Below are positions 15,993 through 25,957 of a DNA stretch of 35,506 nucleotides, piece by piece; positions within the stretch are counted from its first letter, which is position 1; every line of letters starts with the position of its first letter. Below the pieces are notes generated by a model. The model was not told the origin of the DNA, searched no databases, and worked only from the letters and a program-made list of their open reading frames with translations. Source of the stretch: Patescibacteria group bacterium (GTDB lineage Bacteria > Patescibacteriota > Minisyncoccia > Phycocordibacterales > PALSA-1337); NCBI GenBank assembly GCA_038065415.1, contig JBBTRA010000005.1, positions 74,079-109,584 of the forward strand, read 5' to 3'. The translations under genes and the position numbers were made by a program.

Positions 15993-18416
15993 ATGTCAAT
16001 TACCACAGAGTACATCCCAGAGCCAACTCGAGAGTCAGAGATCGACAGTTCTCCTGTCTCCGTGCCAGACAAACTTGAATCGTCCGCTTTCTATATTTTT
16101 TTGGCTACGGTGATACTCGCTCCGATCGCATTTTTGCCGACTCCGTATGTGGCGCTCGATGTGGTCAAGACGCTCGTCATCGGGATCGGTACGATCATCT
16201 CAGCTGCTCTCTATGGCATCATTGCATACAAGCAGAGGAAGGTGATTTTGCCTCCAAAAAGTGTTTTCTGGGCAAGTATCGCAGTGGTTGTATCGCTGGT
16301 GGTATCCTCGTATACCGGTCTCCACGCAGGAAAATCATTTTTTGGTCAGGGATTCGAACTTACCTCGGCAAGCTTTTCACTCATTCTTTTTGTGGCGGCT
16401 CTGGTGGCCTTCACTGTTCTGCGGAGCAGGATCGAACGCGCAACGGTTATCTATGTGGGCATGATGGCATCGTTCTTGATACTCGCTGCATTTCATGGCC
16501 TTAGGTTTATTTTCGGAGCATCCTTTGCTACGCTCGGGGTACTCGCGAGTCCGACCGCCACAGTTCTGGGTACATGGTACGACTTGGCTTCGTACGCTGT
16601 GGTCATAGCACTGATTGTCATCTCGGCTCTCATCTTCCTACCACTTTCACGTCGTATGAAGAGTCTGTACTTCCTCCTCCTGATTGCAGCGTTCGCAGGC
16701 GCTTTCTTGATCAATAGCGTGACAGTCTGGGTTTCTGCAGCGGTCGTACTTGCAGGGCTCGCTATATACGCCACTTCCATCCGCTATCAGTCTGGTGGAT
16801 TCTCCCTGCTCATCAAGAGTCTCGCGTGGATACCGGTGTTTGCATGTCTCGTTGCAGTCCTCTTTTCATGGAAAGGTACCACCATAGCCGGCCCAGTCAT
16901 TACCAAGATGGGCACACAGCATACCGCCTTGAGTTTGCCCTGGCAGATCAGTCTTGATGTGGCTGTGGGGGCGCTCAAGGCTCGTCCAGCATTTGGTGTT
17001 GGTCCCAACCAGTTCAGTAAGGCATATATTGCCTATAAGCCGTTGGCGGTGAATAGTACTTACGCATGGAGTGCTGAGTTTGCATACGCATTCAGTCTTC
17101 TTGCTACCGCTGTTGCCACGCAAGGATTCTTCGGTGTTATCGCTTGGGGTCTCTTCATTGTGCTAGCAATCGTAGCTGTTGGTCGTGCATTGCGCCGGCT
17201 ACCATCTGATCCGTATGTTCGATTCACTATTGTATCGTCTTCTACTGCTGCAGCATTCTTGTGGATACTGTCGGCAATATCGGTTCCTTCGCACACTATG
17301 CTTTTCTACACCTATGTCCTCACCGCAATCGCACTCGGTTCGAGCGTGAGTTCGGGAGTATTGAGTCCATATATGATTGCGCCTCGTATCGGTGCACGAT
17401 CCCGAGGATTACTCAGTGTGGCCTTGGTGCTTGTAGTCGTCGTCGCCATTGTGTGGGGAGCAGTTTATGTCAAAAATAGCATCGCGCTCGCATATTTCGG
17501 ATCTGGAGTGAAGGCACTTACTGTTGCTGGTGATCCTGTCGCCGCAGATGCAGCCTTCGCCTCAGCAGAGCGATTCAATGCGTCAGACATCTACTTGCAA
17601 GCTCGTGCTGAAGCGGGAATAGCTCGTTCGAACCAGCTTATCGCTCAGGCGAATGCTTCAGCGACGGGTACAACATCACAGGCGCTTATCGCAGAGATTA
17701 CTGATACGATGGGTAAGGCAATTTCGTATGCACAGAGTGCGGTAGCGCATGATCCTTCGAACTACTATAACTATGTATCCCAGGCTCGTGTCTTTGAGCT
17801 TGCGACGAACATACAGATGGAGAATGGATATGACAATGCGGTCAAAGCGTATACCAATGCCATACAGTTGAATGCATTCAACCCAACACTCTACCTCAAC
17901 CTTGCCCAACTCCAGGCTTCCCAGAATAAGCTCGATGATGCTCTCAAGACGGTCGGCATGGCTCTCCAGGTCAAGAATAACTATCTCGATGCTGTATTCC
18001 TCCTTTCTCAGATCACGGCTGCTCAAGGCAACCTCGCCGACGCTATTACGGCTGCTCAGGTGGGTACACAGATCAATCCGCAGAGCCCAGTCCTCTTCTT
18101 CCAACTTGGATTGCTCCAGTACACGAACAAAGAGTACGCCGCAGCCGCAAAGTCGCTCGAGACTGCGGTCAAACTCCAGCCTGATTATGCGAATGCACAG
18201 TACTTCCTTGGTCTCTCGTATACACGTACAGGTGACATAACCAACGCTATAGCGCAGTTCGAGCGACTTGCAGCGACCAATCCCGAGAATGAAGAAGTTG
18301 TTCTGATACTCGCAAATCTGAAGGCTGGCAAATCTCCATTCGCGGATGCCCGTCCACCAGTTACTCCGACCCCGGAGAAGCGATCTTCCTTGCCGCTCAA
18401 CGAAAAGAAGAAATAG
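15993..18416 (+). CDS. Polytopic membrane protein, O-antigen-ligase (Wzy_C)-like region plus C-terminal TPR repeats
   Basis: More than 12 TM helices; 'WQISLDVA..LKARPAFGVGPNQF'; C-terminal TPRs ('AVKLQPDYANAQYFLGLSY'). Confidence 0.85.
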   Translation: MSITTEYIPEPTRESEIDSSPVSVPDKLESSAFYIFLATVILAPIAFLPTPYVALDVVKTLVIGIGTIISAALYGIIAYKQRKVILPPKSVFWASIAVVVSLVVSSYTGLHAGKSFFGQGFELTSASFSLILFVAALVAFTVLRSRIERATVIYVGMMASFLILAAFHGLRFIFGASFATLGVLASPTATVLGTWYDLASYAVVIALIVISALIFLPLSRRMKSLYFLLLIAAFAGAFLINSVTVWVSAAVVLAGLAIYATSIRYQSGGFSLLIKSLAWIPVFACLVAVLFSWKGTTIAGPVITKMGTQHTALSLPWQISLDVAVGALKARPAFGVGPNQFSKAYIAYKPLAVNSTYAWSAEFAYAFSLLATAVATQGFFGVIAWGLFIVLAIVAVGRALRRLPSDPYVRFTIVSSSTAAAFLWILSAISVPSHTMLFYTYVLTAIALGSSVSSGVLSPYMIAPRIGARSRGLLSVALVLVVVVAIVWGAVYVKNSIALAYFGSGVKALTVAGDPVAADAAFASAERFNASDIYLQARAEAGIARSNQLIAQANASATGTTSQALIAEITDTMGKAISYAQSAVAHDPSNYYNYVSQARVFELATNIQMENGYDNAVKAYTNAIQLNAFNPTLYLNLAQLQASQNKLDDALKTVGMALQVKNNYLDAVFLLSQITAAQGNLADAITAAQVGTQINPQSPVLFFQLGLLQYTNKEYAAAAKSLETAVKLQPDYANAQYFLGLSYTRTGDITNAIAQFERLAATNPENEEVVLILANLKAGKSPFADARPPVTPTPEKRSSLPLNEKKK

Positions 18417-18425
18417 CAGATAGTC

Positions 18426-20105
18426 ATGGTAAAGAAGTGGTTTTCAGTCATCGGAAGGGAGATACGCGGCCTACATGAGGCCGCGTATCTCCTCGCAGGT
18501 TTTGCCTTCTTGTCGCAGATACTAGCACTCGTCCGCGACAAACTGTTGGCGTACAGTTTCGGTGCTGGCCATGCACTCGATGTCTACTATGCGTCATTCC
18601 GTATCCCTGACCTCATCTTCGTCTCTATAGGTTCGCTCGTGTCCGCATCAATACTCTTGCCGTTTTTCGTCGAGCGCTTCGACAAGGGTACAGAGGAAGG
18701 AAGGAAATTCTCGGACTCGATATTCACGGTATTCTTTGCGGCCATGGTGGTTGCGAGCGCTATTGCATATGTGCTTGTTCCAAAATTGGTCCCGTTCTTG
18801 TTGCCGGGATTCGCAGATGATCCATCTCTGCCTGATCTCATCCTGTCCGCACGCATCATGCTCTTGTCGCCATTCTTGCTCGGTCTCTCAAATCTCTTCT
18901 CGAGTGTGACACAGATGCACCGTCGTTTTCTGGTGTATGCCGCAAGTCCACTTTTCTACAACGCGAGCATCATCATCGGCGTTGTTGCTCTCTATCCGAT
19001 ATTCGGTATATCCGGCCTCGCTATCGGTGTTGCTCTTGGAGCTTTCTTCCATATGGCCATACAGATTCCATTCATGCTCGAGAGCGGGCTTTTGCCGCGC
19101 TTCACCTGGACTATTGATTGGGAACATATCAAGAAGGCAGTCTTCCTGTCTCTGCCGCGTACAGTCACCATGTCTGCAAACCAGCTTGCAACATTCTTTC
19201 TGACTGCACTGGCATCACTCATGACCAAGGGTTCCATCGCCGTCTTCAGTCTCTCGTTCAATTTGCAGTCAGTACCTCTTACCATCATTGGTGCCAGCTA
19301 TTCGTCAGCGGTATTCCCAGATCTCTCCAAGCTCTATGTTGCGGGCAATAAGGCAGAATTTCTAGAAAAAATGATTGCCGCGGCGAGGCATATCATATTC
19401 TGGTCTACGCCTATCATGGTGCTCTTTATTGTTTTGCGTGCCCAGATTGTACGCACGGTGCTCGGCGCGGGAAATTTCGACTGGGCGGATACTCGTCTCA
19501 CCGCAGCGTCGCTTGCTATATTCATGATATCGGTCATCGGACAGAGCTTGATTGTGCTCTTCGTTCGCGCTTTCTATGCGGAAGGGAAGACGACAGGACC
19601 GCTCCTTATCAACGTCATCTCTGCGACTGTTATCGTAGTAGGTGGATACGTCTTTACCAAGCTCTTCTTCATGTATCCTGTTTTCCGCTATTTCCTCGAG
19701 GATCTGCTCAAAGTAAGTGGTCAGGCGGGGACGAGTGCACTGGTCCTTGCGCTCGCCTACTCGATTGGTATCATTCTGAATACATTCATGCACTGGTGGA
19801 TGTTCGAAAAGAAGTATCGTGGATTTTCCAAGCCGGTCCTCTCGACACTTCTACACTCTTTTTCTGCATCGATCATTATGGGGTATGCGGCATTCTTGAG
19901 TTTGCGCCCGTTCGCCATCATATTTCCACTCACCAAGGTTTGGGGAGTATTTTTGCAAGGTCTTTGTGCTGGATTGGTCGGTATTGGAGTGGGTATCCTC
20001 GTGCTCATGCTCCTCAAGAACAATGAGCTTGCCGAAGTCTGGCGCACGCTCCACCGCAAGATCTGGAAAGCCAAGGTACCTCCTGCGGAAGTGGAGCATC
20101 TCTAG
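18426..20105 (+). CDS. murJ: Lipid II flippase MurJ (MviN)
   Basis: 'SQILALVRDKLLAYSFGAG', 'YYASFRIPDLIF', 'PLFYNASII' and 'VRAFYA...T.GP'. Confidence 0.92.
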   Translation: MVKKWFSVIGREIRGLHEAAYLLAGFAFLSQILALVRDKLLAYSFGAGHALDVYYASFRIPDLIFVSIGSLVSASILLPFFVERFDKGTEEGRKFSDSIFTVFFAAMVVASAIAYVLVPKLVPFLLPGFADDPSLPDLILSARIMLLSPFLLGLSNLFSSVTQMHRRFLVYAASPLFYNASIIIGVVALYPIFGISGLAIGVALGAFFHMAIQIPFMLESGLLPRFTWTIDWEHIKKAVFLSLPRTVTMSANQLATFFLTALASLMTKGSIAVFSLSFNLQSVPLTIIGASYSSAVFPDLSKLYVAGNKAEFLEKMIAAARHIIFWSTPIMVLFIVLRAQIVRTVLGAGNFDWADTRLTAASLAIFMISVIGQSLIVLFVRAFYAEGKTTGPLLINVISATVIVVGGYVFTKLFFMYPVFRYFLEDLLKVSGQAGTSALVLALAYSIGIILNTFMHWWMFEKKYRGFSKPVLSTLLHSFSASIIMGYAAFLSLRPFAIIFPLTKVWGVFLQGLCAGLVGIGVGILVLMLLKNNELAEVWRTLHRKIWKAKVPPAEVEHL

Positions 20106-20164
20106 CATATATAGGTAAACCGATTATTGGTAAATCGGCACATTTCTGCTATATTCACTGGGCA

Positions 20165-21961
20165 ATGAATCCTGCCCACATACGCAACTTTTCGATTATA
20201 GCCCACATCGACCACGGCAAGTCTACGCTTGCCGATCGTCTGCTCGAGATAACTGGCACCATAGAAAAGAGGAAGATGCAGGAACAGGTCCTCGATAGCA
20301 TGGAGTTGGAAAGGGAGCGTGGCATCACGATCAAGATGCAGCCGGTCCGCATGCGTTGGACTACAGGGGGTACTGAATATGCCCTGAACCTCATCGACAC
20401 CCCTGGTCACATCGACTTTTCATATGAAGTGTCCCGCTCGCTCAAGGCGGTCGAGGGGTCGATCCTCCTTGTCGATGCGACCCAGGGTGTTCAGGCGCAG
20501 ACACTCACCACTCTCAATATGGCGCGTGAAGCAGGACTCACCATTATCCCAACGGTAAGTAAGATTGATTCTCCATTGGCCCGTACTGACGAAGTCATTG
20601 CTGAGGTCTGTCAGCTTCTGGATTGTTTGCCTGAAGATGTTTTGAGAGTTTCCGGCAAAACAGGGGAAGGCGTCGAGCATCTCCTGAATGAGGTTATCCG
20701 TCGCGTGCCTGCACCGAGTTCTCCTGATGCGACCACTGAATTTCGCTCGCTGATTTTCGATTTTCAGTATTCTAACCACACCGGTGTTATCGTATATGCC
20801 CGTGTGATGAACGGTTCCGCCCATCGCCGCGAAAAACTCAAGTTCAAGATCGCTGACAAGATATTCGAACCGATCGAGATTGGCATATTCGCGCCAGATA
20901 ACACACCTACCGAATCTCTGTCTGCAGGTGAGATTGGCTATATTGTCACCGGCATCAAGGAGCCAGGCATCGCTTCAGTCGGAGACACGATTGCCTCGCT
21001 CAAAGACGTACTGCCTCCGCTCGACGGCTACAAGAGCCCGCGACCCGTCGTATGGGCCTCGATATACCCTGAGAGTCAGGATGATCTCGCCTTGCTCCGC
21101 CAAGCCCTCGGCCGTCTTCGGTTGTCTGACTCATCATTCACGTATGAGGAAGAAGCCTCGGGTACGCTCGGCAAAGGATATCGCTGTGGATTCCTCGGCA
21201 TGCTCCATATGGAGATTGTGACCGAGCGTTTGCGTCGCGAATTTAACCTCGAGCTCGTTATTACCCAGCCGAGCATTACGTACACGGTCGAACTCAAGAA
21301 TGGTAAGAAAAGCACAGTTTACTCACCTTCGCTCTTTCCTGATGAACAAGATATCAAGGAAGTTCAGGAACCTATTGTCACCCTGAAAATAATCACGCCA
21401 CCTGCGTACTTAAGCGCCATCATGAAGTCTATATATGAGCATGAAGCTGAGGTCACTGGTACTGAGAACTTTGGAGATAATCGCACACTCCTCACCATGC
21501 AGATGCCGCTTCGCGAACTCATGCGTAACTTCTTCGATGAAGTCAAAAGCGTGTCTTCGGGGTATGCATCGATCTCATACGACATCACTGAGAGTCGCAT
21601 CGCCGATGTGGTACGTATGGATGTACTCGTCGCGGATGAGCCAGTGCCCGCTTTTACTCGCGTAGTTTCGCGTCGCCGTGCTGAACAAGAAGCCGAGGCT
21701 ACCGTCGAGAAACTTCATGGCATCATGCCTCGTGAGCTTTTCACCTACAAGATTCAGTCCAAAGCCCTTGGCCGTATCATTTCATCCCGATCCATCTCTG
21801 GCAAGAAAAAAGACGCCGCGGGCACGCTTTCCGGAGGAGATATTACACGCAAAATGAAGCTCCGTGAGAAGCAAAAAGAAGGGCGCAAGCGCCTCAAAGA
21901 GCACGGAACTGTGACTATCCCTCAGGATGTGTTCGTCAAGATGATGCGCGCAGGCGAATAA
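20165..21961 (+). CDS. lepA: Translation elongation factor 4
   Basis: 'IRNFSIIAHIDHGKSTLADRL', 'LERERGITIK', 'CGFLGMLHMEI' and 'GGDITRKMKL.EKQKEG'. Confidence 0.98.
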   Translation: MNPAHIRNFSIIAHIDHGKSTLADRLLEITGTIEKRKMQEQVLDSMELERERGITIKMQPVRMRWTTGGTEYALNLIDTPGHIDFSYEVSRSLKAVEGSILLVDATQGVQAQTLTTLNMAREAGLTIIPTVSKIDSPLARTDEVIAEVCQLLDCLPEDVLRVSGKTGEGVEHLLNEVIRRVPAPSSPDATTEFRSLIFDFQYSNHTGVIVYARVMNGSAHRREKLKFKIADKIFEPIEIGIFAPDNTPTESLSAGEIGYIVTGIKEPGIASVGDTIASLKDVLPPLDGYKSPRPVVWASIYPESQDDLALLRQALGRLRLSDSSFTYEEEASGTLGKGYRCGFLGMLHMEIVTERLRREFNLELVITQPSITYTVELKNGKKSTVYSPSLFPDEQDIKEVQEPIVTLKIITPPAYLSAIMKSIYEHEAEVTGTENFGDNRTLLTMQMPLRELMRNFFDEVKSVSSGYASISYDITESRIADVVRMDVLVADEPVPAFTRVVSRRRAEQEAEATVEKLHGIMPRELFTYKIQSKALGRIISSRSISGKKKDAAGTLSGGDITRKMKLREKQKEGRKRLKEHGTVTIPQDVFVKMMRAGE

Positions 21962-22028
21962 CCTAACGAGGGTTATTCAGTCCTGTGCCAGCAGGCGCAG
22001 GACTGCTAGAGTGCTCGATATGATTGCG

Positions 22029-22133
22029 TTATGCGATCGGGAAATACACGAGCATCATGCTGATAATCACCAAGATGGCGACAATGAACATGACTACGCG
22101 AACAGCTTTCTTGGAATTTTCGTGAAATAACAT
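22029..22133 (-). CDS. Small single-pass membrane peptide, 34 aa (MLFHENSKKAVRVVMFIVAILVIISMMLVYFPIA)
   Basis: Hand translation; basic N-terminus plus one TM; -10 hexamer just upstream, shared with the divergent ftsB-like gene. Confidence 0.65.
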   Translation of the reverse strand: MLFHENSKKAVRVVMFIVAILVIISMMLVYFPIA

Positions 22134-22157
22134 AGTGAATCTAGTATACTGTAGAGC

Positions 22158-22556
22158 ATGAAATACGGCAACCGCTCTCTCGCGAAGCGCATCATTGCCT
22201 CACCGCTCACTATGATAGCTGCAGCGGTGCTTGTTGTTATTCTGGCTAAAGCCGGTTGGAACATATATGGCAAGACGCGGCTTACGAGTGAGCGTCTCGG
22301 TCAGGCGCAAGCTGAAATCACCAAGCTTCGTGATCGCCAGGCAACCCTCGCAGCGCGCGTAGGATATCTATCGACCGAGCAGGGTATAGAGACAGAGATT
22401 CGCACCAAGTATCATGCTGTCAAAGAGGGGGAATCGGTGGCAGTGATTATTGACGAGTCGAAAACAGCCGCAGTTGTCAATGCTGAGCCGGTTCAGGCGA
22501 CGTCATCAGTTGGTTGGTTCAGGAAACTATTGCAGAAAGTCGGTTTTTGGCGATAG
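22158..22556 (+). CDS. Septum formation initiator (FtsB/DivIC-like)
   Basis: Short cytoplasmic N-terminus, TM, coiled coil, and 'STEQGIETEIRTKYHAVKEGE'. Confidence 0.8.
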   Translation: MKYGNRSLAKRIIASPLTMIAAAVLVVILAKAGWNIYGKTRLTSERLGQAQAEITKLRDRQATLAARVGYLSTEQGIETEIRTKYHAVKEGESVAVIIDESKTAAVVNAEPVQATSSVGWFRKLLQKVGFWR

Positions 22557-22587
22557 TATTATACGGTTGCAGAGGCAGGATCAAAGA

Positions 22588-22661
22588 GCGGGTATGGTTT
22601 AGTGGTAGAATGCGGCCTTCCCAAGGCTGAGACGGGAGTTCGATTCTCCCTACCCGCACCA
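22588..22661 (+). tRNA. tRNA-Gly(CCC)
   Basis: Acceptor GCGGGTA/TACCCGC; anticodon arm CGGCC-TTCCCAA-GGCTG; GTTCGATTC T-loop; encoded CCA. Confidence 0.97.
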
Positions 22662-22678
22662 TAAAGTTTTCTCGTTCT

Positions 22679-22709
22679 AACAAAAAACACCCTCAGGGTG
22701 TTTTTTGTT
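22679..22709. terminator. Bidirectional terminator between tRNA-Gly and the glutaredoxin
   Basis: AACAAAAAACACCC-tca-GGGTGTTTTTTGTT. Confidence 0.85.
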
Positions 22710-22716
22710 TCGGTAC

Positions 22717-22953
22717 CTATTTCAGTCCGAGGGATGACTTGATTTTCTCCTCATCAAACCCCACGATAACCTCTTTGCCTGTATCGATGACAGGAACTCC
22801 CATCTGTCCGGTCTTATCGATCATCTCTTTGCGCTTCTCGAGATCTGAAGCGACATTGTGTTCGGTGTACGTGACATCATTGGCCTTGAAGAAGGTCTTG
22901 GCCATGTTGCAGTAGACGCAAGTTGGCGTCGAATAAATAGTTACGGTGCTCAT
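22717..22953 (-). CDS. Glutaredoxin-like protein (NrdH/YruB family)
   Basis: 'YSTPTCVYC', 'GQMGVPVI' and 'IVGFD'. Confidence 0.93.
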   Translation of the reverse strand: MSTVTIYSTPTCVYCNMAKTFFKANDVTYTEHNVASDLEKRKEMIDKTGQMGVPVIDTGKEVIVGFDEEKIKSSLGLK

Positions 22954-23067
22954 ATGGTGGTAAATGATTAGTTACGGGTAAACATCACTCTTAGTGATTG
23001 CCATTGTAGCATACCTATTAAATATGCAATGGAGGGGTGTGTTTAACATGTGGTATAATGGTCGGAA

Positions 23068-24342
23068 ATGCCGTATATCCACATATTTTCGGCCTTTGTG
23101 AGCCATATTGAAGAGCTTATTTCTCAGGGAGGCTATGTCTTCCTTTTTGTTACGACTACCTTTGAAGGTGTACCGCTCATCGGGGCCCTCATACCTGGCC
23201 ACATAACAATAATTGCTGGTGGATTTTTGGCGAAGATGGGTGTACTCAATCTCTGGCTCGTATTACTTATATCTGCGGTTGGAGCTATCATCGGTGACTA
23301 TATCGGTTTCAAAATTGGTAGGAAATACGGACTGTCATTCATAGATCGTTTGCGACCGTACTTCTTCATCACTGACGCGCATATCGAAAAGACCAACGCA
23401 GTGCTCGCCAAGCATACAGGTAAGGCCATGATTATTGGACGCTTCAGTCCTATCACGCGTGCGCTCATGCCGTTCCTCGTCGGTGCTAGTTCCGCTCCCG
23501 TCAAGAAGTTTTGGCTTTTCAATGTAATCGGAGGTGTTACTTGGACCACGTCCTCTATCTTTGTGGGGTATATTTTCGGGGCTGGATATCATGTAGCTGC
23601 CGGATACGTTGGCAAGTTTGCTTTATTTGCGATTATTGCAGGCCTCATCATTATCTGGGGATATCGTTTTGTGAACATGAGATTCCATATTTTTAAGAAG
23701 TATGAGTTGTTCATGCTCATTCTTAATCTTGTTTCGCTCTATGTCTTGGCACGAACACTCCAGGATGCGTGGTCGCCCAACTCGTTCATGGCAAACTTCG
23801 ATGTGTATGTTAATGCCTTGATGAACGGCATCAATCAGACGCACTATTGGATACGAGTGGTTGCGGTTTGGGTGACAACTATCGGAGGCACTGTTGCAAC
23901 AGGAGGCCTGGGTCTTGCTGTCGGCATCTATCTCATCATGAAAAAGCGTTGGCGATCCGCTGTGATCATGCTCACATCGGTGGGCTCGACCGCTCTGGTC
24001 GTCGGACTTGTAAAAGCATTTTTCCTGCGCGCACGTCCCGAGAATGCGCTCGTCGATATGCTGGGCGACCCCAGCTTTCCGAGTGGTCATGCCGCCCTCG
24101 CCGCAGCTTTCTTCGTTATTGCGGGGTATCTTCTAGTGCGTATGCTGCACTCATGGGTGTATCGCGAGATCGCTATTGTGCTCTGTGTGGTGGCAATCGT
24201 CGCCATTGGCCTGTCCCGTGTAGTACTCAATGTCCATTGGGTTTCCGATGTTGTTGCTGGCTGGTCACTGGGTATATTCATAGCATCGGGATCGATACTA
24301 TTCGTGAGGTATGTGGGAGCGTTACTAGTGAAGAAGAACTAA
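23068..24342 (+). CDS. Bifunctional DedA / PAP2 phosphatase membrane protein
   Basis: DedA 'GAIIGDYIGFKIG' and 'GRFSPITRAL'; PAP2 motifs K..F.RARP, PSFPSGH and SRVVLNVHWVSDV. Confidence 0.93.
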   Translation: MPYIHIFSAFVSHIEELISQGGYVFLFVTTTFEGVPLIGALIPGHITIIAGGFLAKMGVLNLWLVLLISAVGAIIGDYIGFKIGRKYGLSFIDRLRPYFFITDAHIEKTNAVLAKHTGKAMIIGRFSPITRALMPFLVGASSAPVKKFWLFNVIGGVTWTTSSIFVGYIFGAGYHVAAGYVGKFALFAIIAGLIIIWGYRFVNMRFHIFKKYELFMLILNLVSLYVLARTLQDAWSPNSFMANFDVYVNALMNGINQTHYWIRVVAVWVTTIGGTVATGGLGLAVGIYLIMKKRWRSAVIMLTSVGSTALVVGLVKAFFLRARPENALVDMLGDPSFPSGHAALAAAFFVIAGYLLVRMLHSWVYREIAIVLCVVAIVAIGLSRVVLNVHWVSDVVAGWSLGIFIASGSILFVRYVGALLVKKN

Positions 24343-24343
24343 G

Positions 24344-25876
24344 TTATTTTTTGGTGACGAGTGATGTTCCGATCATTGCCTTCGGTGATTTTTGGCCAAA
24401 TAAATCAAGAACCGTCGGTGCAAGATCAAATAGTGCACCCGCTTTCAATGTATAGTCATGACTCGTGATGATCAGTGGTACAGGATTGGTTGTATGGGCA
24501 GTATGATTTGTACCGGTGATTGGATCGATATTGAGCTCGGCATTTCCGTGATCCGCGGTTATAAGACCTATGCCACCAGCCTTCTCTAGCGCTTCGACGA
24601 CTCGCTTCAGCTGCGCATCCACAGTTTCAACAGCGGTGATGATGGCCGGCACGTTGGCCGTATGTCCTACCATGTCCGGATTGGCGAAGTTCACAAAGAT
24701 GAAATTAGTTCCTTGCCTGATCTGTTCTATGACCGCATCGGCGATGGCTTCTGCACGCATCTCAGGGGCCTCATCGTGGGTCTTCACATCTTTGCGGCTT
24801 GGGATGAGCACATCAGTCTCACGCTCAAATTTTGCTTCACGACCGCCATTTAAGAAATATGTCGCGTGGGCGAACTTCTCCGTTTCGGCGATACGAGCTT
24901 GTGAGAGTCCTGCTGCGGCCACTTCTTGTCCGATGGAAGTCTCAATCTTGAATGGGGGGAATGCGGTCGTGCAGGTGAAGTCGACGCAATATTCGGTGAG
25001 GGTGACGAAAAGGATATTCTGGTTTTTTGGTATCTGAAGCATCTTTTCTGAAAGCATGCGAGCGCGATCCGCGCGGAAGTTGAAGAAGAAGACAGCGTCG
25101 TTCTCTTCGATGGCACAACCAGTGCCTTCTGGTGTTGCACATACGGTAGGAGGGAGGAGTTCGTCGCGCTCACCTTTTTGATATTGTTCAGATAGGTATT
25201 CAGATGGTTTGATCTCGCAGACATTGCCTTTGCACTCGAACATTGCTTGTTCAGTCTTGGCGAGGCGGTCCCAGTTGTTGTCACGATCCATTGCAAAGTA
25301 GCGGCCAGAAATCGTGGCGATGAAGAAGCGGGGCTTGGCGAGGTCTGCATTCAGGATGTCGAGGACGGCCTCGAGCTCTTTCACATATGCCGAAGCGCTT
25401 TGTGGGGCAGTATCACGACCATCAGTGAAGACATGGATTGCGACTTGGGGAACATCATTCTTCTTGGCGAGTCGAAGGAAAGCATAGAGATGATTTTGGT
25501 GACTATGTACACCGCCGGGACTCAAGAGTCCTTGTACATGCAAGGTGGAACCATTTTTCTTCACATGGTTGAAGAGTGAAATGAATGCAGGATTCTTGTC
25601 GAAATCTCCCGAGCTGATGGCTTTGTCGATGCGTACGAGATCGGTGTCTGCAGGTTTGCCCGCACCGATGGTCATATGACCAACCTCGCTGTTGCCCATC
25701 TGTCCCTCGGGAAGTCCGACGGCATCGCCAGATGCTTTGAGTAGGGAGTGGGGGTAGGTTTGCCAGAGATGTTTGAAGGTGGGTGTATGTGCGGCGGCGA
25801 TGGCGTTGTCCTTTGCTTCTTCGCGGTAGCCCCAGCCGTCGAGGACGATGAGGGCGATGGTTTTCTTGATGTTCAT
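24344..25876 (-). CDS. gpmI: 2,3-bisphosphoglycerate-independent phosphoglycerate mutase
   Basis: 'LIVLDGWG', 'GQMGNSEVGH', 'GRYFAMDRD', 'AETEKFAHAT' and 'TADHGNAE'. Start at MNIKK (25876). Confidence 0.97.
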   Translation of the reverse strand: MNIKKTIALIVLDGWGYREEAKDNAIAAAHTPTFKHLWQTYPHSLLKASGDAVGLPEGQMGNSEVGHMTIGAGKPADTDLVRIDKAISSGDFDKNPAFISLFNHVKKNGSTLHVQGLLSPGGVHSHQNHLYAFLRLAKKNDVPQVAIHVFTDGRDTAPQSASAYVKELEAVLDILNADLAKPRFFIATISGRYFAMDRDNNWDRLAKTEQAMFECKGNVCEIKPSEYLSEQYQKGERDELLPPTVCATPEGTGCAIEENDAVFFFNFRADRARMLSEKMLQIPKNQNILFVTLTEYCVDFTCTTAFPPFKIETSIGQEVAAAGLSQARIAETEKFAHATYFLNGGREAKFERETDVLIPSRKDVKTHDEAPEMRAEAIADAVIEQIRQGTNFIFVNFANPDMVGHTANVPAIITAVETVDAQLKRVVEALEKAGGIGLITADHGNAELNIDPITGTNHTAHTTNPVPLIITSHDYTLKAGALFDLAPTVLDLFGQKSPKAMIGTSLVTKK

Positions 25877-25927
25877 GGCGACAACTATACCACAGTTTTG
25901 GCTATATTTTAAGCCATTTTCGAGATA

Positions 25928-25957
25928 TTGACTTACATGCATAAAATATGGTATAAT
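25928..25957 (+). promoter_or_regulatory. Sigma-70 promoter of the orphan membrane gene
   Basis: TTGACT-18-TATAAT with a TG extension. Confidence 0.75.
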
